IMG/VR virus record: IMGVR_UViG_3300010362_000584
Span: 1-26,151 of that record
Source: a virus
Lineage: Duplodnaviria > Caudoviricetes
Strand: one strand, 5' to 3'
Length of the DNA stretch: 26,151 nt
The position numbers were made by a program, and so were the translations under genes. The notes under the pieces were generated by a model. That model worked only from the letters and a program-made list of their open reading frames with translations. It had not been told where the DNA came from and searched no databases. Positions 16,626 through 24,720 of this stretch are shown here, one piece after another (position 1 is the first letter of the stretch; every line of letters begins with the position of its first letter).

Positions 16626-18514
16626 TGGCTGTTCTGAAGTACTGGGACGGCGCCGCCTGGCAACTGGTCTCGGGCGGTGGCGGCAGCGTGACCTGGCCGC
16701 TGCTCGCGCCCGACGGCAGCGCCGCTGCGCCCAGCTACGGCTTCGGCAGCAGCGCGGCGGGCCTCTACTCCAACGGGCTGGCCGTGAACATTGCCAGTGG
16801 CGGCGTGGTGCGTATGGCCGTCGGCGGCACCACGGTCCTCTACAACGGGCTGCAATGGGGCACCGACAATACCAACGACATCGGTAACAACCTGTCGGCC
16901 CGCCCGCGCAATCTGTACCTGGGCGGGAACCTTGACCTGGGCGGCACGCGCATCAAGGCCAAGTTCGACGAGTACTACGACGCCAACTCGACGTACTTCA
17001 TGACCAACAATGCCGTCGCCAACGGCAGCCCGAACACGTACCTGACCGTCCTGCCGGACGACACGCCGGGCAACGTGGGCTCCACGACGGGCATCAACCT
17101 GTTGGACAACCCGACCGTGGCCTCCGCGCACTACTTGCTGTTGCAGAAGGGCTACAACCAGGCGACCGTCTCGTCGGACCAGACGCTGTACATCGGCACT
17201 GCTGCCAGCGCTGTCGTGAACTTCGTCATCGGCGGGTTCACCCGCTGGACGCTCAATACCAGCAACCACATCGTGCCGGCCACCAGCAACACCAACGACA
17301 TCGGTACGAGCAGCCTGCCCGTGCGTGCGCTATACGTCGGCACGTCGATTGCCACCCCGGCCTTGATCCCGCCCGCCAACATCTTCGAGCAGCGCAACAG
17401 CACCAGCCCGCAGGTCTGGCGGCTGTACAACACGTACACCGACACGAACAACTACGAGCGATTCGTCATCTCGTGGGGCGCGAATCAGGTCAGCATCCAG
17501 AACGAGGCGGCGGGCACCGGGTCGATCAGGCCGATCATCTTCAACGGTGGCACGGCCACGGTCAACTTCAACACGGCCCAGGTCTTCGCCTGGCAGACCA
17601 ACAGCGCCACCAAGTGGGCCATCGTCACCTCCGAAGGTGGGCACTGGCGACCAGGCCCCGACAACGCCCTGGACCTGGGTACCGCTGCCAACCGAGTCCG
17701 CAACGTGTACGTGGGCAGCGGTATTGGCATCGGAACCAGTCCAGCGACAGATCGCGGCCTGGGTATTGGAACGGCTGCACTCGCGGGTACGGCCCAGTAC
17801 GGGGCCGTGATCAACCCGCCGTTCACGTCGGCGGCGACGACGCTTGGCACGGCGGTCTACGCCGGAGTCCAGACGCAGGCTGCGGCCTTCACCATGACTG
17901 ATGCCCATGCCTTCCGGGCCTGGAGCCCAAATCTCGGCGCTGGCTCAAGTATTACCAACACCTATGGCATCAGGGTTGAGAGCCAGGGCGGGACGGGCAT
18001 TACCAACGCCTATGGCGTCTACATCGCCGCGCAGGCCGGGGCGAGCACGACCAACATCGGCCTGTACAACGCGGGCACCACGCAACTGGTCGGTGCGGTC
18101 ACGTTGCCCAACGGCACGGCACAGGCGTTACTCGGCAGGTACGAGGGCCAGAGCATCTCGTGGAGCACCGCGCTCACAGGCTGGCAACCCGTCACGCCCG
18201 CCCAGGTGACCGTGACCGTCACGTCGGGCACCGCGCTGCTGCGCGTGGAGTGCGGCATCACGCTCTCACACAGCGCGGCCAATGGCTCGTGGTACGTCAC
18301 GCTGGGGCAGAACGGCAACCCGTACTTCCAGCAGACGTTCAACCTGTCGCCTACGGCCGGCGTCCCGTTCCCCGTCTCGTTTACGCGCTACCTGGGGCCG
18401 GTGTCGCCCGGCAGCTACACGTTCCAGATCTTTGTCTATAACAACGTGGCAGGCACGCTGACGGCCTACGCCAACTCGCTCGCGTGGATCTACGTGACCG
18501 AGCAGCGATGCTGA
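16625..18514 (+). CDS. Tail fibre / receptor-binding protein (629 aa)
   Basis: Start at ATG 16625 (TGATG); DGSAAAPSYGF module, three 'xNxxDxG...RxxYxG' repeats, C-terminal beta-sandwich. Confidence 0.8.
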   Translation: MAVLKYWDGAAWQLVSGGGGSVTWPLLAPDGSAAAPSYGFGSSAAGLYSNGLAVNIASGGVVRMAVGGTTVLYNGLQWGTDNTNDIGNNLSARPRNLYLGGNLDLGGTRIKAKFDEYYDANSTYFMTNNAVANGSPNTYLTVLPDDTPGNVGSTTGINLLDNPTVASAHYLLLQKGYNQATVSSDQTLYIGTAASAVVNFVIGGFTRWTLNTSNHIVPATSNTNDIGTSSLPVRALYVGTSIATPALIPPANIFEQRNSTSPQVWRLYNTYTDTNNYERFVISWGANQVSIQNEAAGTGSIRPIIFNGGTATVNFNTAQVFAWQTNSATKWAIVTSEGGHWRPGPDNALDLGTAANRVRNVYVGSGIGIGTSPATDRGLGIGTAALAGTAQYGAVINPPFTSAATTLGTAVYAGVQTQAAAFTMTDAHAFRAWSPNLGAGSSITNTYGIRVESQGGTGITNAYGVYIAAQAGASTTNIGLYNAGTTQLVGAVTLPNGTAQALLGRYEGQSISWSTALTGWQPVTPAQVTVTVTSGTALLRVECGITLSHSAANGSWYVTLGQNGNPYFQQTFNLSPTAGVPFPVSFTRYLGPVSPGSYTFQIFVYNNVAGTLTAYANSLAWIYVTEQRC

Positions 18515-18526
18515 AAGGAGCAAGAC

Positions 18527-18811
18527 ATGACGACTCCCGAACCACCGCCCCCGCCCGCCACGGTCGGCACGCAGCCCGAGACGGCGTTCGCCGTGAACCA
18601 GGTGATCGGCCAGCACCTGCGCGCCTTCACGCAGAACAAGGGCGTGATCAATCAGGACCACGCCTGGCTGGAGACGTGCGACCTGAAGGTCGCCCCGTAC
18701 TACTTCAGCACGGAGCAGGAGACGCTCATCAAGAGCGCCATTGCCGACCTCGATACGGCGCTCGACGGGATCAACATGACCTTCATTAGCCGGATCATCG
18801 GACTGGCCTAG
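18527..18811 (+). CDS. Hypothetical protein, possible fibre assembly chaperone (94 aa)
   Basis: AAAGGAG RBS; small helical protein directly after a fibre gene. Confidence 0.7.
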   Translation: MTTPEPPPPPATVGTQPETAFAVNQVIGQHLRAFTQNKGVINQDHAWLETCDLKVAPYYFSTEQETLIKSAIADLDTALDGINMTFISRIIGLA

Positions 18812-18815
18812 ACCC

Positions 18816-20393
18816 ATGCCCCTGGACTCCACCAACTTCTACCCCAAAGGCCCTGTGCTGGCGGGGGACATGAAGCAGTTCTACGACCTGGCCACGGGGG
18901 TCATGCTCGACCAACCGGTGACCTACCGCAACGTGCTCAGCGTCGGCGGCAACCAGGGGCTGACCACGGTACCGCTCAAGATCTACGGTGCGACGGGCCA
19001 GAACACCAACCTGATTGACCTGTACGCCGACCGCTCGGCACCCCAGCCTGGCTTCGGCTTCAACGCCGCTGGCGCCTTTGCCTGGGGCCCTGGTGGTGCG
19101 GCGCCGCAGGACACCTTCCTGTCGCGCATCGGCACCCAGGTCGACGCGACCGACCGCCCCGGCCTGCTGATCAACCCCGACCTGCGCGTGAGCAGCACGC
19201 TGACCGTCGGCGTCTCGATCAGCCTGCCCACCTCGGGCGCGATCATCTTCGGCGCGGCCAACCGTCTGCGCGGTGACCTGAGCAACGTCACGCACGCCCA
19301 GCGGCTGCTGTTCCTGGGCACCACCTCGAACACGTCGAGCGTAATCGGCATCATCCCCAACGGCTCGGGCACCGCCTCGGGCTTCAACTCGTACAACAGC
19401 AGCAACCCCGACCTGGCCAGCTACGTGCAGCTAGGCATGAGCAGCACCAGCGCCACGCTCATCAGCAGCCACACCGGTACGGCGGGCGACTTGCCGCTGG
19501 TCATGGGCGCGGGCACCACGGCCAGGCTGACCATCCCAACCGCTGGCTACGCGACCTTCGCGGGCGTCTCGGTGTGCGTGCCCAACAGTTCGTACTACGC
19601 GGCCATGGATACCGGCGGCGTGCAGCGGCCGATGTTGTGGCAGGACAGCTTGAACAACACGGTCGTCCAGGCGGGCGGGGCGAACGTGACGCGCTTCCTG
19701 AACCAACCCGTCTCGGTCGAGTGGGCGCGCTTCGACGCCACCCACCTGACCGTTAACTACCAGGAGTCCATCGTCTACATCCCACCGGCCGTCAGCGCGT
19801 CGTCGTACCTGACGGCCATGCTGGAGCTACGGACCAACGCCAGCGTCCCGCCGCAACTGTCCTTCCACATGCCAGGCGCCATCGGCGGCACGATGTACAT
19901 GCCCGTGGGCGGCTGGCCACGCTGGATCCTGAACACGAGCACGGACTACGCGTTCGTGATGGACGGCCTGACCCAGACGCTGACCAGCAAGACGATCACC
20001 AGCCCGACGCTCAACGGGACCGTGGCGGGCCAGCCTGGCTGGGCGAGCGCACAAGCCTTCCCCGCCTCGACCACGGTCGGCGGCCGTCCGATCATGCTCG
20101 GCTACGCCAACGCCAGCGACTACCAGGTCGACTACGGCATCACCGGTATGGTGACCATCCCCGCTGGCGGGGCAGGCAACACGGCAGTCAGCTTCAACCA
20201 CGCCTTCTCCACACCACCGGCCATGGTCCAGGTCACGCTGACCAGCTTCTCGGGGGCGATCTCGAACGGGCTAAGCAAGATGGGCTCACCAAATGTGCAC
20301 GGCATCGGGACCAACGGCTTCTTTGTCGACCTGGACAACCAGACCGGGGGCTCGCAGGCCGTGCAGTTCGCCTGGCTGGCCATCGGCCGCTAG
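18816..20393 (+). CDS. Second anchored tail fibre / receptor-binding protein with C-terminal H-type-lectin/gp53-like domain
   Basis: N-terminal anchor paralogous to 14372; QTLTSKTITSP; C-terminal VSFNHAFSTPP..V...TNGF...WLAIG. Confidence 0.8.
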   Translation: MPLDSTNFYPKGPVLAGDMKQFYDLATGVMLDQPVTYRNVLSVGGNQGLTTVPLKIYGATGQNTNLIDLYADRSAPQPGFGFNAAGAFAWGPGGAAPQDTFLSRIGTQVDATDRPGLLINPDLRVSSTLTVGVSISLPTSGAIIFGAANRLRGDLSNVTHAQRLLFLGTTSNTSSVIGIIPNGSGTASGFNSYNSSNPDLASYVQLGMSSTSATLISSHTGTAGDLPLVMGAGTTARLTIPTAGYATFAGVSVCVPNSSYYAAMDTGGVQRPMLWQDSLNNTVVQAGGANVTRFLNQPVSVEWARFDATHLTVNYQESIVYIPPAVSASSYLTAMLELRTNASVPPQLSFHMPGAIGGTMYMPVGGWPRWILNTSTDYAFVMDGLTQTLTSKTITSPTLNGTVAGQPGWASAQAFPASTTVGGRPIMLGYANASDYQVDYGITGMVTIPAGGAGNTAVSFNHAFSTPPAMVQVTLTSFSGAISNGLSKMGSPNVHGIGTNGFFVDLDNQTGGSQAVQFAWLAIGR

Positions 20394-20405
20394 ACTGGAG
20401 GACCT

Positions 20406-20690
20406 ATGGACGAGGTAACTCTGAGCCCCGCAACGCTGAGACGACTGGCCCGCCTGCAAGCGCGCGTGGAGGGGGCCGTGGCGGTCTTCCAGGCTGCCCA
20501 GCAGGTCGCCCAGCAGCAGAACACGACGCTCCAGCAGGAACTGACCGAAGCGTGCGCCGACGAGGGCATGACCCTGCTCCAGGACAACCAGACCCAGGTC
20601 GACATCGACTGGAAGACAGGCGTAGTCCGGTTACGCAAAGAAGCCACCCCGTCACCGCTGGGCAACGGGGTGGCTGAGCCAGCGTTCTAG
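20406..20690 (+). CDS. Small coiled-coil hypothetical protein, possible fibre chaperone
   Basis: GGAGG RBS; last + strand gene; stop overlaps the convergent gene's stop (CTAG). Confidence 0.7.
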   Translation: MDEVTLSPATLRRLARLQARVEGAVAVFQAAQQVAQQQNTTLQQELTEACADEGMTLLQDNQTQVDIDWKTGVVRLRKEATPSPLGNGVAEPAF

Positions 20691-21592
20691 CTGGCCTTCG
20701 GTTTGCGCCCGCGCTTGACCTTCACGGGCTCGGGCGGCAGCACGTCGTCGAGCGGGGTCGGCTCGGCCATCGGCTGAGGCAGCGGCTCCTCGCCAAGCTC
20801 GGCCAGGATCCTGTCCAGCGCCACGTGCATGTTGATCACCTCCTGGGCCACGTCGGCGTAGCCGTTGAAGCTGACCCTGCTCACGTGCTCGATGCGGTTG
20901 CACATCTCCCACACCTCGGTGACCCGGTCGCCCACGGTACGCAGGTCGGCGTCGAGCTTGTCGATGACCCTGATCAGGAGGTCCACGCTCTCGGCCAGGG
21001 CGGTCGTGCGCTCGGCGTCGGGGCCAGGCCCCGTGCCGTTGTGCACGGGCAGATCGAGCGGGCTGGGCTCGACCTTCTCGGCGGTGTCGATGCCCGCCGC
21101 CGCAGCGGCAGCCAGCACGGGGTCGGGCTGAACCTCAGCAGCGATGGCGTCCTCGACCCAGTCGGGGACCACGGGCGTCGGGTCGATCACGGGCCCAGGC
21201 TGGGGCTCGGGGGCGGGCTCCGACGTGAGCTTGTTGAACCACGCGTCGAAGTCGATAGGGTCTTCAGTGCTAGGCACACGGCCTCCTGTCTTGGCCTGGT
21301 AGACCGCCTTGCTGGCGGCGAGCGCGGTGTGAACGACCCAGGCGTACGCTCCTGCCCGGCGCAAGTCTTTGATCCGCAGGATCTGCAGGTCGGTCGGCTT
21401 GCTCTTCTCCCCGAACTTGAGTTCCAGCGCCAGGAAGTGGCCGAGGGCCACCCCGAACAGGTCGGGATGGCCTGGCCCCGTGCTGGCGTTGGCGGGTCGC
21501 CCGAAGACCAGCACCTCACCCTTGCTCGGCGGGTAGTCCTTGCGGATGGCAGCGAGCACCTGTGCCCGCAGCCTGGCTTCGGGCGTGGCCAT
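20687..21592 (-). CDS. VRR-NUC (PD-(D/E)XK) nuclease / resolvase-like N-terminus fused to an acidic Pro-rich/coiled-coil region
   Basis: E at N-terminus, GHPDL, ALELK, PTDLQ, AGAYAWVV. Confidence 0.8.
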   Translation of the reverse strand: MATPEARLRAQVLAAIRKDYPPSKGEVLVFGRPANASTGPGHPDLFGVALGHFLALELKFGEKSKPTDLQILRIKDLRRAGAYAWVVHTALAASKAVYQAKTGGRVPSTEDPIDFDAWFNKLTSEPAPEPQPGPVIDPTPVVPDWVEDAIAAEVQPDPVLAAAAAAGIDTAEKVEPSPLDLPVHNGTGPGPDAERTTALAESVDLLIRVIDKLDADLRTVGDRVTEVWEMCNRIEHVSRVSFNGYADVAQEVINMHVALDRILAELGEEPLPQPMAEPTPLDDVLPPEPVKVKRGRKPKAS

Positions 21593-22185
21593 CAGTTGTC
21601 GAACAGATCGGCCGCGCCTTCGAGCACGCTCGGCGTACCCGTCGGACCGTTAGGCGTGCGCGGCGCCGTCACCCCACCCGTGCCGCCCAGCGGCGGGTTG
21701 CCACGGTAGTTGACCCAGTCGCTCTCGGGGTAGAGCGCCTCGATGCCCGAGATTGGCCGACCCGACTGGGTCTGGATGTCCTGGTCGGCGATGAAGGCCA
21801 CCGCCCGCCGCCCACGGCAGCGCGAGTCCAGGTTGTTGACCAACCGGACGAACGTGGTGTAGCTGTCGATGCGCACGCTGGGCAACTGCTTGGCGATCTC
21901 GGGCAGGCCGTACGCCCCGAGCATCATGCCCAGCCCGAAGCTGTTCTTGTTGCCGACCAGATTGAAGTCGCGCAGCCGACCGCCCAGGCCCAGCCCAGGC
22001 GCGGCGTCGGGGCCCTGGACGATGCGCACGTAGTTCCACACACCGTCCTTCTTGTCGGCGGCACGGTCCTCGGCGGTCGGCTCCAGCTTCTCGCACTCGA
22101 CCAGGTAGTAGCCCTCGGGCACGCGGGCCCGACCAGCCTCGGTCCGACCGACCGAGTCATCAAACGTAAACGGTTCGAACGGCAT
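21592..22185 (-). CDS. Putative ssDNA-binding protein (DUF669/gp2.5-like)
   Basis: VPEGYY motif, flexible tail ending DLFDN, GAGGAGG RBS, context downstream of AAA_24. Confidence 0.6.
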   Translation of the reverse strand: MPFEPFTFDDSVGRTEAGRARVPEGYYLVECEKLEPTAEDRAADKKDGVWNYVRIVQGPDAAPGLGLGGRLRDFNLVGNKNSFGLGMMLGAYGLPEIAKQLPSVRIDSYTTFVRLVNNLDSRCRGRRAVAFIADQDIQTQSGRPISGIEALYPESDWVNYRGNPPLGGTGGVTAPRTPNGPTGTPSVLEGAADLFDN

Positions 22186-22187
22186 GA

Positions 22188-22370
22188 CTAGCCCTCCTCA
22201 GGGGTCTTGAACATCGGCGCGCCATCCGTAGTGCGCCTGATCAGTACCAGCGCCTGGTCCAGGCTGGGGGCCTGGAAGCGGACGGTACAGTGGACGCTGG
22301 CGGTTCCACTGGACCACTCACTTGTCAACTCTACCAACACTAATTCGGAATTGTCAACTGTTGCACTCAC
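22188..22370 (-). CDS. Hypothetical protein (60 aa)
   Basis: GTGA overlap with AAA stop; fills the gap; 5' part AT-rich. Confidence 0.45.
   Translation of the reverse strand: MSATVDNSELVLVELTSEWSSGTASVHCTVRFQAPSLDQALVLIRRTTDGAPMFKTPEEG
22328..22357 (-). promoter_or_regulatory. Sigma70-type promoter candidate
   Basis: Minus strand TTGACA-18 nt-TAGAGT with TGn extension, in an AT-rich patch upstream of the SSB gene. Confidence 0.55.
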
Positions 22371-23224
22371 GACTTAGCCTGAGCCATCAAGGGCGGCACC
22401 ACCCTGTCCCAGGTCGGCTCCGAGATGACCCTGCCCAGGATGTGCGTGGGACCCTTGGCGATATACCGGTCGTGCTGGCCAATGAACAGGCGGCGCACCT
22501 CCCTGACGTTGGCCTGGATCTCTGCGTTATGCTTATCGGTGGGCCCGAGCAGGTCGGGTAGCGGAGGCGGGATCGGTTCGCCATCCGCACGTGACCCGTT
22601 GCTCGACGGCTCGGGTGCCTGCAGATCGACGTACAGCCGACCCAGGATCTCCAGGCTGTCCCTGATCCCCTTGAGCGCCTCGGGCGTGAGCCTGGGCCCG
22701 GTGCGGATGTCCTCCTCGACCTCGCGCCTGCGGTCCTGCTCCTGGAGCAGATAGACCATGTGCAGCGGCAGCAGGTTGAAGTTGCGCTGCCACTCGCTGC
22801 ACAGGGCACCGACCTGACCCCAGCCCCGCCAGTCGTGCGGATTTTTCGGGATCGAGTTGATGTACTGCGCCAGACGAGCCGGATCAGATGGTTCGTAGTT
22901 GCACACCTTGCCGACGGCCAGGTCCTGCACTCGGGACCACGTGTCCCAGACGCACACGGTGATCGGGTTGCCTGGTGCGGCGAGCGCCTGGTAGATCGTC
23001 AGCAGGTCGTTCCAGCGCCGCAGCTTGACCACCCGGAAGTGCTTGAGGTGGGCCACGGGCCTGATGTTCTCGTCGTCGACCGAGATGTGCAGCACCCGCT
23101 CGGTGTCGGGGATCGTGCTGGCAAAGGTCGTCTTGCCCGAGCCGTTGGCGCCGTAGATACCCAGCCGCACGTGGGTCAGCGCCGTGATCTTGTCCGGTGG
23201 GACGTACAGGTCACGCAGGGTCAT
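22367..23224 (-). CDS. AAA_24 / Sak4-like ATPase (recombinase)
   Basis: Walker A GANGSGKTT, Walker B VCVWDT, WG, GPRL; between exonuclease and SSB. Confidence 0.8.
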   Translation of the reverse strand: MTLRDLYVPPDKITALTHVRLGIYGANGSGKTTFASTIPDTERVLHISVDDENIRPVAHLKHFRVVKLRRWNDLLTIYQALAAPGNPITVCVWDTWSRVQDLAVGKVCNYEPSDPARLAQYINSIPKNPHDWRGWGQVGALCSEWQRNFNLLPLHMVYLLQEQDRRREVEEDIRTGPRLTPEALKGIRDSLEILGRLYVDLQAPEPSSNGSRADGEPIPPPLPDLLGPTDKHNAEIQANVREVRRLFIGQHDRYIAKGPTHILGRVISEPTWDRVVPPLMAQAKS

Positions 23225-24228
23225 TGGTAATCGCTCCTGCCCATGGCGAACAGGTCGTCCGTGCTGGGCTCCATGAACTCCTCACGGTAGACCTCGGATC
23301 TCCTGCCCGTCTGGTACTCGTGCATGCACAGCTTGGCGTACGGGCAGAACAGGCGGCAGTCGAGCAGGTTGATGGCGCGCGGGTAGTAGTCCTTCTCCCT
23401 GGCGTCAGCGATGCTGCGCAGCACCGCCGCCACGTCCTTGAGCGTCAGGCGGGCGTTGTCGTCGGGCCTGAACGCCACGTAGCGCTGGAACCAGGCGCCC
23501 TCGGCCACGACACGGCTGCGCATCTCCGAGATGTACGCCTCGCCCGCGTGCTTACTGCGCAACTCGGCCTCGACGGGCGCCCAGTAGCGCATCCGGGTCT
23601 GGCGCTGCTCGTCGCCCGAGTACAGGCTGCCGCCCTTGGTCACCCTGAGCCTGGCGCCAGGCAGGGTCGAGACGTAGTCGAACATGATGCCCGAGACACT
23701 GTGCCCCGAGGCGCGCGCTTCGATGTACTGGAGCATGGTCTGCGGGTCGACCGTGCGCCAGTCCGAGTCGGGGATGTCGCGCGTGGTCTTGCGCTCCCAG
23801 ATCCACAGCCGACCCTGCCGGTCCCGCTTGAGCACGTCGATGGTCGACGTCAGGCAGATGCCAGGCTTGGGCTCCCAACTGACGGGCACCTCGGTGCCGA
23901 CCGTCTCCCACGGGCCAGGCGCCTCGTCGTGGCCCTGCCAGTACGCCTGGTAGTCCTTGACCAGTTCGAGCACGTCCTGACCCATGGCCAGCACGTCCTC
24001 TTCGGGCACCTCGTGCTCCAGCGCCCAGTCCATCATGCGCTGAAGCTCTAGCTCCCACACGCTACCCTCGTCGAGTAGCTGGAGCAGGCGGTGGATCCAC
24101 ACCCCACGGCGCAGTGCGGGGCGCACGTCACGGGGACGGGGGACGAGCTTGTCGACCCACCGATACTCGTAACGTTTCAAACAGCGAGCAGCGTCGTTGA
24201 ACCCGGTGGTGGACAGCGAGATGTCCAT
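23221..24228 (-). CDS. PD-(D/E)XK exonuclease, Cas4/AddB-like with Fe-S cysteines
   Basis: Start at ATG 24228 (TGATG, GGAGG RBS); CLKRY, GVWIH, E, IDVL, WERKT, CRLFCPYAKLC. Confidence 0.85.
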   Translation of the reverse strand: MDISLSTTGFNDAARCLKRYEYRWVDKLVPRPRDVRPALRRGVWIHRLLQLLDEGSVWELELQRMMDWALEHEVPEEDVLAMGQDVLELVKDYQAYWQGHDEAPGPWETVGTEVPVSWEPKPGICLTSTIDVLKRDRQGRLWIWERKTTRDIPDSDWRTVDPQTMLQYIEARASGHSVSGIMFDYVSTLPGARLRVTKGGSLYSGDEQRQTRMRYWAPVEAELRSKHAGEAYISEMRSRVVAEGAWFQRYVAFRPDDNARLTLKDVAAVLRSIADAREKDYYPRAINLLDCRLFCPYAKLCMHEYQTGRRSEVYREEFMEPSTDDLFAMGRSDYQ

Positions 24229-24632
24229 CAGGCCATCCTCCGCTGCGCATACGCCAGATTGACGCACTGCTTGCACTTGCGCAGGCCAGCGGGGTAGAGG
24301 TGCCCGCGCTTGCACAGAAAGCGCGTCTCATGTCGGCGCGCCCTGGCTCGAATCGCATTCTCCAGAGCCGTGACGGGCTCCAGATGCTCCAGGGTGCAGC
24401 AGTCCTGAACGCCGCACACGTGATCAATAGTCAGCCCAGGACTGATCGGCCCGACGCCCAGAATGTAGGCGATGCGGTGGACCATAACCTCAGTGGTCCC
24501 CGCCAGATGCGACCGTCCGTAGCCGCGTCTATCGTGAAAGCCCTGCCATCGCAGGTGCGTGTCGTCCAAGATGCACCGAGCAAACAGCCGTGACAACGTC
24601 ATGGCTGGTGGTCTGCCAGCGTTCATAGGCAC
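24228..24632 (-). CDS. HNH endonuclease with C-terminal Zn finger
   Basis: GYG, VHRIAY, IDHVC..C...HLEPVT..EN, CKRGH...CKQC; AAAGGA RBS. Confidence 0.85.
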   Translation of the reverse strand: MPMNAGRPPAMTLSRLFARCILDDTHLRWQGFHDRRGYGRSHLAGTTEVMVHRIAYILGVGPISPGLTIDHVCGVQDCCTLEHLEPVTALENAIRARARRHETRFLCKRGHLYPAGLRKCKQCVNLAYAQRRMA

Positions 24633-24720
24633 ACCTATTCCTTTCTGCTCGGTACCTACTGCAACATCATCAACGACAGGGCAACGAGCGATTCAATGGT
24701 GCCAGAGTGTTTTTCGTTTG

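Noticed and set aside
14372-20393. Diversity-generating retroelement or invertible fibre cassette
   Set aside because: No reverse transcriptase, invertase, near-identical TR/VR pair or inverted crossover sites seen; similarities are at protein level only.
23221-24228. Cas4 as evidence of a CRISPR system
   Set aside because: No array or cas genes; standard phage exonuclease-Sak4-SSB context.
24633-24720. Promoter or terminator between polA and HNH
   Set aside because: AT-richer gap with TTG triplets, but no convincing -35/-10 pair or hairpin-U tract.
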